From positions 2,208,001-2,272,000 of the forward strand of contig CAVZSV010000004.1 of assembly GCA_963778115.1 (NCBI GenBank): DNA of 64,000 nucleotides. The letters run 5' to 3'. The DNA is from an uncultured delta proteobacterium. Lineage in GTDB: Bacteria; Bdellovibrionota; FAC87; UBA2466. Below the pieces are notes generated by a model. The model had not been told where the DNA came from and did no database searches. It was given only the letters and a program-made list of their open reading frames with translations. A program made the position numbers and the translations under genes. Below, one piece after another: positions 21,801-31,068 of the stretch (position 1 is its first letter; every line of letters begins with the position of its first letter).

Positions 21801-22870
21801 GGCCTAACTATTTTGTGTACGGGGAACAGGAAATGCGTCAAGAGGAGATTAAAGGGCATCACGCTACCTTTCGGCAGATCCTTGTTGCTCTTAATCGAGC
21901 CTGTCGCTTTCGTCAGAACGAGCTCATTGAAGGGCTGCTCGCTCAGGCCGGGCAATATTCCAGCAAATACGGAAATGTAAAAACTCCGGCTCTGCCGGCG
22001 CGTACTGCCGAGGACACCTCAAGTTCTTACGGCACTCGCGTCCTCGACTTCTATTTAGAGCATCCTCCCTTTGCGAGTGCACCCAATCCCTGGATAAATC
22101 GTTTTGAGATGGTGACGGTCTCCATCATCACCACCATCATGGGAACTTATCTTTTTCAAAACACCATGGACATGGTGAGAGAGGGAAGGGTCACGGTCAC
22201 GGGAATGAATTGGACCGATTGGGACATCGTTACTCACGTTCCCGAGGACGACGGACTATTAACGCTTGGAATTAAGGGTGCCGCCTATACTTCTGCTGCG
22301 GAGGGAGCCCAAAGCGCTTTTAATCTCATTTGGGACAAAAGTGCCCTTACTTTATATGAGAGAAAACTCAGAAGTGTATTGGCGCTTCCGCCAACCGGGG
22401 ACGCCGCGGAGTTGGCCCACCGGCAGGCCAAGATCGTTCAGTACACCAATAATATTGAGCTGTACCGAAATCGACTAGCCGGAATTGATGGAGAGGCCGG
22501 CTCGATTAGAACGATGCTCGACTATGCGCCCATTAGGCTTGCGGAGAGTACCTTACACCAGGTGGCGGGAGCGACTCGGTACACGATCGATCAGGCAAGG
22601 CTATTCTATTTGCAGCAAGAGGCAAAAAGTCTGGCAACGCAGTTGAGAATATTACCCGCTTATCATAGCCGCCGTCCGCTCTTAGAGCGCAAGCTTGCCA
22701 TGAACCAATCGGAAGCGCTGCAGATCAAATCGAAATTCGCTTCCGATCGTCGACATCATGCGGAAATGGAAGGGCCTTGGAAGGCAGCTGCCTCTGCCTC
22801 TGTTCGAGCTACCAACGCAGCGGCGAGCTGCTCTACCTATGTTCTGCAGAACTTTCTTAGTCGCGACTGA
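18842..22870 (+). CDS. Large hypothetical multi-pass membrane protein (~1340 aa)
   Basis: Long uninterrupted ORF with a signal-like N-terminus and several hydrophobic segments. No family recognised. Confidence 0.75.
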   Translation: MGLWKIFDQIPRKIVRTGTRFGSTALTGLWMGLVVFQLLVPPGISFAADPTPVGVATEESQSAEQALDQSRPVQLVGNAIEVIRNEGPDGALELSVEERNPFYTLDQRLVELRPGRFGSRGGPWDLSAENYEIPKIGVAPGVLERSLTIEPLANGMRLSFKGARWAHDIHFLDGKTLRSWTCDNEHLTLFFDDLSVGFVDIATVRQLMFKRPIAIRMLGRIRVKPGVPVPTQVRLIRRRYESFDNSAAGRAARLDRNPETRQRIISTADGDLIRRLEHSVAQTTYIPLHPSVEGEVNDYWSGDVAFVSGETSEDQTITGVIPRSMIGECIAEGATQLMAARKMIDPNKLVSLREYELSMEDEANRINSLANNPRLAARIYQSGFASALMRIPVDNLAASRKHGNAMVRAADQRDHFTPQEWQDDGAYFREVVEAAKASHEQAQGMSRFRREFLYSMRNNWNAMKYGDAVAMVTRVLKARATKYTVAGGAVLFGADQYLTGGALFNTGGGIALDVMSSAIHWASGVSEVFSDLQYTKLLFMYSFTAQMALPFLVYGVGALAAPFSQAKAAALVATTTIRSYAKVFQTSPLKWLSALSGQMASFRAAQDGYLIIPSFPPLPLTKPEQLPAPAESDPPQSRTRRWWRNTRNNVAATIASGHEKKAREALEASEAIQKQKLMESLANFAAVAAVAQEVEMDPGELYLLDIGGDPTTSVGVARALEIRELMLQELQDLSEQEWREIIESNRDVFVQRVLQLRKTAGEAAAQHVKQSWWQRSKNYVTQVARLKVLKGLAGYNEKVDEDLAALVPDEFTSDLIRRDYFIGYIISLLAAGLWGDWAHLDDPTHLHAQADRFTWTNPAARAENLNQTGIALGRGAAAMSLQYSKEATGLNVAHVPAEFRDFLGREVFARRPFFSEALDATLTLFNIRKLQPGYAIRTAIKKSRITLFQSTLAMAMASRILTGGQDVRQALIGAGMFMACAMWAFGWPNYFVYGEQEMRQEEIKGHHATFRQILVALNRACRFRQNELIEGLLAQAGQYSSKYGNVKTPALPARTAEDTSSSYGTRVLDFYLEHPPFASAPNPWINRFEMVTVSIITTIMGTYLFQNTMDMVREGRVTVTGMNWTDWDIVTHVPEDDGLLTLGIKGAAYTSAAEGAQSAFNLIWDKSALTLYERKLRSVLALPPTGDAAELAHRQAKIVQYTNNIELYRNRLAGIDGEAGSIRTMLDYAPIRLAESTLHQVAGATRYTIDQARLFYLQQEAKSLATQLRILPAYHSRRPLLERKLAMNQSEALQIKSKFASDRRHHAEMEGPWKAAASASVRATNAAASCSTYVLQNFLSRD

Positions 22871-22937
22871 GCCATACAAAGGTCTTTCTTTTTTAGAACT
22901 GCGAACGTAAATAAAGTGGCGTGAAGGGAATTTTGTT

Positions 22938-24308
22938 GTGCTGGCGGAAGTTCGGAAGTTACTCGTTAACGTCTTCATTACCTGGTCGATTGCCTCGTCG
23001 ATTCTTTGGAGTTCCCAGGGCTGCGGCGCAATCGGAGAGTCGAGTTCTATCCAACCGGCAGCTCGACGGGAAACCGACGTGGTGGCTCTTTTGCCGGACA
23101 ACGAAGGTAGGTTTTTTGTGGTAATGCGGGGATTCCCCCCTGACATGTCGGAAGCTCGCGAAGAAACGATCTCCGTAGCCCTACACAACAAGAACGGTCT
23201 GATTTCCCGAAGCTTCAATAGCGGGCGCCCCTTTCGCATTCTCCCCAGACGTCTTAGGTCCTCCGAAGTGGTAACCGATGTAGCGGCGGCGTATCACAAG
23301 AATCGGGGGTTGATTGTGGCGATGGCCACTCAGGATGGGGCTCTAGAGCAGCGCCGGCAAGGAGCTGTGAGTGCTGTGATCCTGACCGCCATCGATGAAA
23401 ACGGCGAAGCCAATCCGGTTTTTCGGGACGAGTCCGGAGAGGTAACCTCGGTTTTGAGAATTTCCATTCCGACCGCTGAGCAGGCTCTTATGCCCAACTT
23501 TTCTCTCCAGTCGCTTCTCGCCGATGACTGGGGAAGGATTACGGTGGGGGGAATTGCCTCCGCCCATACTCAAGACGGAGGCAAACAAAAACAACTTTGC
23601 CTCTTTCGCACGTGGGGAGGAATCTTAGATACCGATTATGGTCGCAATGGATTCGTCCAAGTTCCTGTGGGCGGTGATGTCGCTTCACTTCGTCTCGACT
23701 CTCTGACTCCGCGGCGGGATCAATCGTTACTTGCCGCGGGAGAATATCGTAGCTTAATCGACGGAAGAACCCATCTTTTTAGCGTGAAACTTGATAACAG
23801 CGGGTTTCGGGATTTGTGGTACTACAGTCGCGGTTTCGCCGAGCTTCCCATCGATTTTCCTCCTCATCGTTTCCGATTCGATGTAACGGCTCTGCCTCAG
23901 GGAAACCGACTTGTTTATTTGGGCGGCCATGGAAGCGGCGATCGCCAGTCTAGCGATTACGGCATGTTCGATAGTTCCCTCGACACCGGCAAGATTCATA
24001 AAGTAAGGTCTCTCCCTTCTCATTCAACAAACTCAACTGACTTCTCCCAAGACCGAGTCCATTTAACCCGAGTGATAGCTGATAACAGTCTGCTCGTCTG
24101 GTGGGAGGGGGGAGACGGGTGGATTCGACATGAACGTTACGATGGTGCGGATTGGAGTATGAAAGAGAACGGAACGTTCTATGCCGATCATGGAATATTC
24201 TTCAACAATAGTAAATCCACGAACTTGATGACTTCCCTTTTCCAGTGCGGTTGGGAAATTTTAAGCCGTGCCCTATTTTCCAGGCGGTACGGGATCCGCA
24301 CCCACTAA
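22938..24308 (+). CDS. Hypothetical secreted beta-rich protein (delta-60-repeat-like motifs)
   Basis: GILDTDYGRNG and GFRDLWYYSRG resemble G-x-LD-x-x-FG-x-x-G repeats. Confidence 0.55.
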   Translation: MLAEVRKLLVNVFITWSIASSILWSSQGCGAIGESSSIQPAARRETDVVALLPDNEGRFFVVMRGFPPDMSEAREETISVALHNKNGLISRSFNSGRPFRILPRRLRSSEVVTDVAAAYHKNRGLIVAMATQDGALEQRRQGAVSAVILTAIDENGEANPVFRDESGEVTSVLRISIPTAEQALMPNFSLQSLLADDWGRITVGGIASAHTQDGGKQKQLCLFRTWGGILDTDYGRNGFVQVPVGGDVASLRLDSLTPRRDQSLLAAGEYRSLIDGRTHLFSVKLDNSGFRDLWYYSRGFAELPIDFPPHRFRFDVTALPQGNRLVYLGGHGSGDRQSSDYGMFDSSLDTGKIHKVRSLPSHSTNSTDFSQDRVHLTRVIADNSLLVWWEGGDGWIRHERYDGADWSMKENGTFYADHGIFFNNSKSTNLMTSLFQCGWEILSRALFSRRYGIRTH

Positions 24309-24657
24309 AACGAGTTCGAATAGATTGAGGGGTTATCTCCAGGGGACAGTAAGTAACGAATCGGCAGCTTATTTGCTCGGGAAGCCACCAAGATAGAGAC
24401 CCAGCTAAAGGGGTCTGGATCGGAATACATCTGGAGGTTTTGGTAGGAATTGAAGGTTGCAGTGATAAACGCGGGATAAGATTTTCCCGACGACAGTGTG
24501 ACGGCAAGACCTCCCATTCCCGGGTTACTGGTCGCAGCGGCGACTTGCAGCTTGGTGACGTAGGAGTCACATACCGGAGCCGGAGCGTTGTCTGCGAGGG
24601 CGCCCCCCAGAGAAAAAAAATTATTAGACTAAGTGCGACGAAAATATGAGGTGTCAT
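24305..24657 (-). pseudogene. Small secreted protein frameshifted in a homopolymer within its signal peptide
   Basis: Adding one base at A8 (24613-24620) or the adjacent C6 joins MTPHIFVALSLIIFF to SLGGALA-DNAPAPVCDSY...YSNSF*. Confidence 0.65.
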
Positions 24658-24785
24658 GAAACCCTCCCCCTACGAGGTTCTTCTAATAGGTGGGGTGAAC
24701 TGTCACTCTGATTGATATCAACTAGCTAGTCTTGGTCGATTGCTTTGAAGCGGATTGAAAGGATTTGATCCACGAGAGGTAAAGC

Positions 24786-25853
24786 TTATTTTCGCAGGGA
24801 TGATCTCACCGGCAGGGGGATATCCTGTTTACGATCGTCTAGGCCCATGGATCGCGCCATCTCCGCCATGAGTCGCTTCGTATGAGGCAGATATCTTTGT
24901 ATGGCTTTATCTTCGTCGGCTTCCACTTCGGGGGGAATATAGAGATCTTCTTTGCTTGGCGGACCAAGGTAATTTAAGTCCACTCTCCCCCGCATTCGCT
25001 TTTTGACGTGTTCTTCCTTTGATTTGATCCAATAGTGATTTAATTGTGCGGTCTCAAACGTGGCGCGGCCGTCTTTCTTTTCGAGCCGCTCCGTGATTTC
25101 AAGGTGGGCGGGCGGAACGGGCTGGCCATTGGGATAAAGTGTGACTCCCCTGGTGTGCAGGACGTGACTGTTATCTGCACATGCGCGGCTGAGTGAGGGA
25201 CGGATGGCCGACTTCACGTGATAATTCCAGGTCGCTTCTTCGGGCATGCATCTGACAAACCTCTCAATGACAGGCCGAGAATCGGCGACGGTTAATCCCG
25301 AAGTACCGAAAACTTTCCAATGGAATACTACCGCCCCGGCTCTTGCCAAACCTGAAAACAGATCTTGAACTGTCTTATGGTCATGGAGAAGTAAGAACTC
25401 GTCAGGATCGGTGTATAGCACCCAGTCAAAATTCAGCATTTTCCAAAGGGAGTGCTTCATAAAACTATATTGTGGGGCAACTCCCTTCACGCGAGGCCAA
25501 GAAATGGCGCGCGCGAACCCCAATTGCTCAAATCCCTTCAGAAGCTTTGCGGTGTCGTCGGAGGAATCATTTTCGTAAAAGAGAAAGAAATCGAATCCAA
25601 GTAATCGATGGTAAGCCACCCATTCCAGAAGATAGTCTTGTTCATTCTTGACGATAGTTGCGATTGCAATCTTGAGACGGCGCCCCAGAATTTTTGTAGC
25701 GATTTTTCGTTTAACGCCGAACGCAAAAGAGATAACGCGGTACGCCAAGTACTCACTGCGACTCATGGCGAAAACGCCTTTTCGAGGTGAAAATAGATAA
25801 CTTCGAACGCGAGAGACCATTTTTGCCAGGAATTTGATTGGGGCAAGCTCCAT
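24786..25853 (-). CDS. Glycosyltransferase (GT2/GT92-like, GT-A fold)
   Basis: IATIVKNEQDYLLEWVAYH, YENDSSDDT, DWVLYTDPDEF, AQLNHYWIKS. Start may be 25766. Confidence 0.85.
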   Translation of the reverse strand: MELAPIKFLAKMVSRVRSYLFSPRKGVFAMSRSEYLAYRVISFAFGVKRKIATKILGRRLKIAIATIVKNEQDYLLEWVAYHRLLGFDFFLFYENDSSDDTAKLLKGFEQLGFARAISWPRVKGVAPQYSFMKHSLWKMLNFDWVLYTDPDEFLLLHDHKTVQDLFSGLARAGAVVFHWKVFGTSGLTVADSRPVIERFVRCMPEEATWNYHVKSAIRPSLSRACADNSHVLHTRGVTLYPNGQPVPPAHLEITERLEKKDGRATFETAQLNHYWIKSKEEHVKKRMRGRVDLNYLGPPSKEDLYIPPEVEADEDKAIQRYLPHTKRLMAEMARSMGLDDRKQDIPLPVRSSLRK

Positions 25854-25975
25854 CTATAATCTCTTCGGACAAGGGCGAGAAATACTCAACGCTCGTTCCC
25901 AAGAGCAGATCCCCACTTAAGTATCCATAATCTAATGACGAAAGGAGAAGTAGCATGTAACTGGCGCTGATTAGA

Positions 25976-26860
25976 ATGCCAAAAATTTATCAAATTTACT
26001 ATAGAGCGGAGCAGAGAAGATTTCTCGATCCTAACTGCGTTCCCTACTTCAACGAAGACGATCCCAATGCTGAATTAGCTGAGTTCTCGGTTTTTCATCG
26101 AGAGTATTTAGCAAAGACGCTCTTTAGTGAAGAATATATCGGCTTTATTTCGTGGCGATTCACAGAGAAAACGAAAATTGCGATTCCTACATTCACTGAG
26201 TTTATCGAATCAAACCCTGGATACGATGTCTATTTCGTCAACCCGTACCTCTGCGAATCGTTGCTTTTTAGGAATGTGTGGACTCACGGGGAAAAGCGGC
26301 ATCCGGGGCTATTGAATCTGTCACAAGAAATTTTTGAGCGCGCTGGTTACCGTATCAATCTTAGAAAAATGATCTTAGATCCTGATGCAGTAGGTTACTG
26401 CAATTATTGGGTAGGGAACAGTCGGTTTTGGGATCTCTACATGAATTTCTGTGAACCGATTTTGGAAGTGATCAATAACAAGCTGAGTCCATCGGAGAAA
26501 CGCCTCATCGAAATTGCTAATTATTTTCGACCGTCTTCTTTTCATCCTTTTATTATGGAGAGACTATTTTCAACGGTGTTGAAGACAAAAAAAGGAATTC
26601 GATTTCTTCGTTACTGTCCAGAAGGCTATCCAGATTTAGTTTACGGCGATTTGGTTCCACATTTCCATTCCGCAGAACGAGTTTCCAAATATTTCCGAAA
26701 ATCTCCCTCGGCGCAGAGGGAATCTGTTTTAAACGACTTTGCGAGTCTATACCTTGAAATGATCGATGCACGACGTCCTCCGATGGGCGATCGTCACTTT
26801 AGAGATTCTTTGGTGGGTCAAAGAGTAAGGGGAGTTCTAAGAAGGATGGCCGGAAAATGA
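25976..26860 (+). CDS. Hypothetical protein of glycosylation cluster (GT-like)
   Basis: KIYQIYY...YIGFISWRF...PFIMERLFS pattern, inside the GT cluster. Confidence 0.6.
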   Translation: MPKIYQIYYRAEQRRFLDPNCVPYFNEDDPNAELAEFSVFHREYLAKTLFSEEYIGFISWRFTEKTKIAIPTFTEFIESNPGYDVYFVNPYLCESLLFRNVWTHGEKRHPGLLNLSQEIFERAGYRINLRKMILDPDAVGYCNYWVGNSRFWDLYMNFCEPILEVINNKLSPSEKRLIEIANYFRPSSFHPFIMERLFSTVLKTKKGIRFLRYCPEGYPDLVYGDLVPHFHSAERVSKYFRKSPSAQRESVLNDFASLYLEMIDARRPPMGDRHFRDSLVGQRVRGVLRRMAGK

Positions 26861-26897
26861 ACGGGTCTTCACGGAAAATTTATAGGGGCGTTCTAAA

Positions 26898-27839
26898 ATG
26901 ACGCCTCATACTCCCAAAGTTAGCATTATTATTCCTACGTACAATCCCAAACGTCTGGCGATCTCTTTAGCCTCTGTGTTTTCTCAAACAATGAAAGATT
27001 GGGAATTGATTTTAGTGGATGACGCTTCCACCGATAGGACCTGGGAATCGCTTCCTTTGCTTAGGGATCCGCGAGTACGTATCATTCGAAACGATCAAAA
27101 CCGCGGCGGAGGTTTTTCACGGAACAGAGGCATCGATGAGGCTAAGGGCGAATATCTCGCATTTATGGATCATGATGATGAGTGGTTTCCGAAGAAATTA
27201 GAACGGCAATTACAGGCAATTGAACAGAGCAGTTTCCGAGATCATATCGTCTGTTACACGCAGTTTGCCGAGCTTGGAGAAGGTTGCAGTCAGTTTCTTC
27301 CTATGAGGGGGAAATATCCCGAAGAACCGGTCAGTGAGTACTGCCTTCGTGGAGAAGGTTATCTTTTGACCAGTACATTGATGATTTCACGAGATCTTTG
27401 TCTTAAAATTCGTTTCCCCAATCGTAACCCTCTTGACGATATCTCTTTCTCCATGGCAGCCGAAGCAGAAGGAGCTCAATTTCTTTTCGTGGCTGAAGTC
27501 ATGGCGAAGTGGTTTCGAAGGGGCGCTAATAATAATTTCAGTAAGTTGGCAGATAGAGATTTGCTCTATCAGTGGCTTAGGGATAACGACAAAAAACTGT
27601 CTCGAGAAGCCAAGGTAAACGTTATCGTAAAATGGATTTGGCCTTCACTCATTGAGCAGAAAGGTTATCCTTTGGCTCTTTTGAGGATGGCGTCGGATTT
27701 CGTTCGGCTGGGATCGCAGATGAAGAAAATAGTGGGACCGAAATATTTTCTAAGACTCATAGTACCCAAGGATCTATTATTGCGTAGAGCGTACCGATCT
27801 TATAGAAATGAGCGACTCATGGGTAAGGGTAGGAAATAA
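26898..27839 (+). CDS. Glycosyltransferase family 2
   Basis: VSIIIPTYN, ILVDDASTD, RNRGIDEAKGEYLAFMDHDD. Confidence 0.92.
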   Translation: MTPHTPKVSIIIPTYNPKRLAISLASVFSQTMKDWELILVDDASTDRTWESLPLLRDPRVRIIRNDQNRGGGFSRNRGIDEAKGEYLAFMDHDDEWFPKKLERQLQAIEQSSFRDHIVCYTQFAELGEGCSQFLPMRGKYPEEPVSEYCLRGEGYLLTSTLMISRDLCLKIRFPNRNPLDDISFSMAAEAEGAQFLFVAEVMAKWFRRGANNNFSKLADRDLLYQWLRDNDKKLSREAKVNVIVKWIWPSLIEQKGYPLALLRMASDFVRLGSQMKKIVGPKYFLRLIVPKDLLLRRAYRSYRNERLMGKGRK

Positions 27840-27855
27840 TTTCAGACCCGAGATT

Positions 27856-29355
27856 TCATGTTCCGTAGAGTAGGATTTCGGAAACCTGACCTTGAGTTGG
27901 TCTGGTTTCGATATATTTTGCGGGAACCCCACCCCAAATTTCAAATGAAGGTACCGACTTGGTGACGACACTCCCGGCTGCAATGATCGCTCCCTTGCCG
28001 ATGGTAACGCCAGGAAGAATGGTCACGTGAGGGCCGATCCAGACGCCGTCCTCGATCGTCACGGCAGACCCAGTATGTCCCTGGCGTACGAAGGGAAAAT
28101 CCGGGCTACGAAAATTATGATTTCCGGAGCTAATGTGGGTATACGCTCCGACCAAGACATCTTCTCCAATGGTGATCGGCTGAAAAGCGTTTAAAAAACA
28201 ATTTCGACCTAGATAGCATTCGCTTCCGATTTTGACGCTTGGGTTACCTCCTTCGGCTGGTGAAATCCGAATGGACAGATCCCTTTCTATCTCGACACGT
28301 TCTCCCAGGTCTATACAGCCCCAGGGCTTTGATCTGCCGTAGCTTTCTAACGATGAAGGTAAGCGGCACCCTCTCGCCTGCATTTTGCTAAACCATATTT
28401 TTCGAGCTCGTCTCGCAACCCAAGCGTTGGCAAATCTTCGCATGGGGCGATAAACTTTTCTGACAGGTGTTAATAGAAAACGGAAAATCGTTTGCCAGGG
28501 CCCGGGCGCACCCTCGCGATATTGTTTCACTCCATATTTCTTACCCACGCGCCATACCAGAAATCGATGACGGTCATACTGATGAAGTACGGCGGGGACT
28601 AACCCCGCGCGGTTTGTCATTCGCCCGCGAAAATTCCGTTCCATGTTCCCAGTTCGATAGCCCAAAGTTAACACTGGACTGTTTTCGTTTTCGAAGAAAT
28701 GAATCCGAGGCAAAAGCCTATGATGGAGAATGTAGTTATGAACCGCTTGATCTGCGCCCGGAGCGCTTACTTTGTAACGGTACATCAGTTCTAGCATCTT
28801 ATCCAAATAATCCCGGATGCCTTTTGCCGTTCCGTAGGTGGTTCCCGAGCAAGAGATACTTTTATCTTTTAGTATTTTTAGCGCGTCGTCTCCGAACGAG
28901 GTCTTCATCCACGAGGAGTTACTCGGGCATTTTCCGATAGTCCATTTCGAGTCCTCGATGGTGAACCAAAGGTCTGCCTCAGGGAAGTCGGTAGCGAAAG
29001 GATTGGCTTGAAAAACGACGTCGCGAACATCAGTGAGTAAGATCTTATGGAAAGCGGGCTCGAAGGAGTTCAAATACATTCTTATAACCGCGTATCGCGA
29101 AGAGTTCACCGAAACGGATTCTAAAAAGGGAGGGTCATCAAGCGCATTGGGTGTCAATAAAGGAGAAAAGGGATATTTCAGAGTGATAGGAATTAGCTCG
29201 ATGTTGAGTCTTCTAAGCCAATCTCCGCTCTTATATGTGTCGGGATCGCAAAATATAATCGTCCGACCCTCGAATTTTGTTGCCGCTAAGGAAAGCGCAA
29301 AAGGACGCAAGAGGGCGGGAGCGTATCCATGGGCAAAACCGATGATGAGATTCAT
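27856..29355 (-). CDS. Fusion of a GT-A-like domain and a hexapeptide-repeat O-acyltransferase
   Basis: N-terminal LLTDVRDVVFQANPF and ADQAVHNY. C-terminal IEDGVWIG...ILPGVTIGKGAIIAAGSVVTK...GGVPAK. Confidence 0.8.
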   Translation of the reverse strand: MNLIIGFAHGYAPALLRPFALSLAATKFEGRTIIFCDPDTYKSGDWLRRLNIELIPITLKYPFSPLLTPNALDDPPFLESVSVNSSRYAVIRMYLNSFEPAFHKILLTDVRDVVFQANPFATDFPEADLWFTIEDSKWTIGKCPSNSSWMKTSFGDDALKILKDKSISCSGTTYGTAKGIRDYLDKMLELMYRYKVSAPGADQAVHNYILHHRLLPRIHFFENENSPVLTLGYRTGNMERNFRGRMTNRAGLVPAVLHQYDRHRFLVWRVGKKYGVKQYREGAPGPWQTIFRFLLTPVRKVYRPMRRFANAWVARRARKIWFSKMQARGCRLPSSLESYGRSKPWGCIDLGERVEIERDLSIRISPAEGGNPSVKIGSECYLGRNCFLNAFQPITIGEDVLVGAYTHISSGNHNFRSPDFPFVRQGHTGSAVTIEDGVWIGPHVTILPGVTIGKGAIIAAGSVVTKSVPSFEIWGGVPAKYIETRPTQGQVSEILLYGT

Positions 29356-29722
29356 TGATACGCTTATCGGAGTTAATTCGAGATGTAATAAGTGAAGAGA
29401 CTACTGCGAAGTCACTGGCTTAGGTGCCAGGTGGCGAATTTCCCGGTCGTGCTTACATTGTGCTGCAATGCCATACCGTACCCACGTAGAAGCATTCCCT
29501 GCTCCTCGATTCAACGTCTGTTAACACGGGTTCATTTTACCCTTCGACGTGTCGATAATAATGAAGGGAACCTTGTATTTGATGTTTGATAGGCTCATCG
29601 CGTTAAAACTTAGGCTACGTCTGTGCCTCGCCCCTTCCGCGAAAAAGAACAAAGGGAGCGAACGGCCCCCCATGAACGGTGGGAATAAGGACGCAGAGTT
29701 CTACGAGTAACGAGGAACCACA

Positions 29723-30775
29723 GTGAAATTGTTGTCTAGAATACGAGGGGAAAAAAGAATTAGAACGCCAACCGATGATTGGAGTTGCTCTTCGTTTTCC
29801 AGGCGAGAGTACGTGCTATATGCAATCGTGTCTTCGATATATGCCTTCAAGAATTGGTTGTCCCGATTATTCTTGCGCAGACCGCTAAGAATTTGTATCG
29901 CAGCTATCGTTAAGAACGAAGAGCATGATCTACTAGAATGGGTAGCCTACCACCGAGTGATTGGAGTGGACTCATTTCTCATTTATGACAATGACTCAAA
30001 TGACGGAACCATCGATCTGCTAAAAAATTTCGAAAAGTTAGGGTTCGTCAGGGTCATCCGGTGGCCTCGCAAAGAAGGGATCACCCCGCAAATAACTTTT
30101 ATGAAGGATTCATTCTGGCGGATCCTTAACTTTGACTGGGTACTTTATCTCGATGCGGACGAGTTTCTGGTGCTCCATAAACATGAAACCGTCCAAGAAT
30201 TCTTTGCAGCCGTTAGAAACTCCTCAGCCGTGATCTTTAACTGGCGACTCTTCGGTTCTTCGGGCCACATTAAGCAAGATTCCCGACCTCTCATAGAAAA
30301 GTTCACCCTTTGCTCTCCCAGAGATTATTATGCGCAATTTCATTTTAAGACAGCGATTCGTCCCTGGAAGAGTCGATGTCGAGCGAGAGATCCCCATACC
30401 ATCTTTACTCGGGGAAGAACGGTTTATCCAGACGGTACGCAGGCAACGGAGGCCGATTTGAATATTGGTGAACGACTAGAGAAGCGCCAAGGCCACATTT
30501 CATTCAGTACCGCCCAACTTAATCATTACCATGTAAAGTCCAAAGAGGAATTTGTAAGGAAGGTGTTGCGTGGTCGTGCAGATCAGTCAAATCGAAGAGT
30601 GTTCGATGATGCCGGAATTGAGGCGCTCTTCGCGAAACGCGATCTAAATACGGAGCGAGATACCTCGATCCAAAGACATTTAGTGGCAACAAAAACGATG
30701 ATGGCAGAAGTCCTTAGCGCGCTCTCAAGGCCTGTTGAGAATTCGGCCAAGAAGGCGGAGAGAAAAATCGCATAG
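29723..30775 (+). CDS. Glycosyltransferase (GT2/GT92-like), paralog of 24786..25853
   Basis: IAAIVKNEEHDLLEWVAYH, DWVLYLDADEF, AQLNHYHVKSKEEF. Confidence 0.85.
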   Translation: MKLLSRIRGEKRIRTPTDDWSCSSFSRREYVLYAIVSSIYAFKNWLSRLFLRRPLRICIAAIVKNEEHDLLEWVAYHRVIGVDSFLIYDNDSNDGTIDLLKNFEKLGFVRVIRWPRKEGITPQITFMKDSFWRILNFDWVLYLDADEFLVLHKHETVQEFFAAVRNSSAVIFNWRLFGSSGHIKQDSRPLIEKFTLCSPRDYYAQFHFKTAIRPWKSRCRARDPHTIFTRGRTVYPDGTQATEADLNIGERLEKRQGHISFSTAQLNHYHVKSKEEFVRKVLRGRADQSNRRVFDDAGIEALFAKRDLNTERDTSIQRHLVATKTMMAEVLSALSRPVENSAKKAERKIA

Positions 30776-31001
30776 TTCGAGTCTGGATCCACACTCGCGC
30801 CCTTGGGGCGCAGGAACTAAAGAGATATTAGAAACTTCAACGGCGAATGTCTTTGGTGCATGAATGCCAAAACCTCCCCATTGAAATGATAAAGAGCAAG
30901 TTAGGTTAGCAAATCGTTCATGGCAACCAAGGCCTACTGATACGAGTGGCGTCGATAAGAGAACTGAATTCGCTGGGGGTGCCTGGCCGCAGGTACTGGG
31001 A

Positions 31002-31034
31002 GAAGGCACCACCCGGATTCGAACCGGGGAGTAA
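31002..31034 (-). repeat. Displaced 3' fragment of tRNA-Cys (att-like site)
   Basis: 30/33 match to 36072..36104, with a perfect 21-bp core cacccggattcgaaccgggga. Confidence 0.85.
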
Positions 31035-31068
31035 GCAACCTAAAGATGACCAGTCGATTAGCGTCGGG

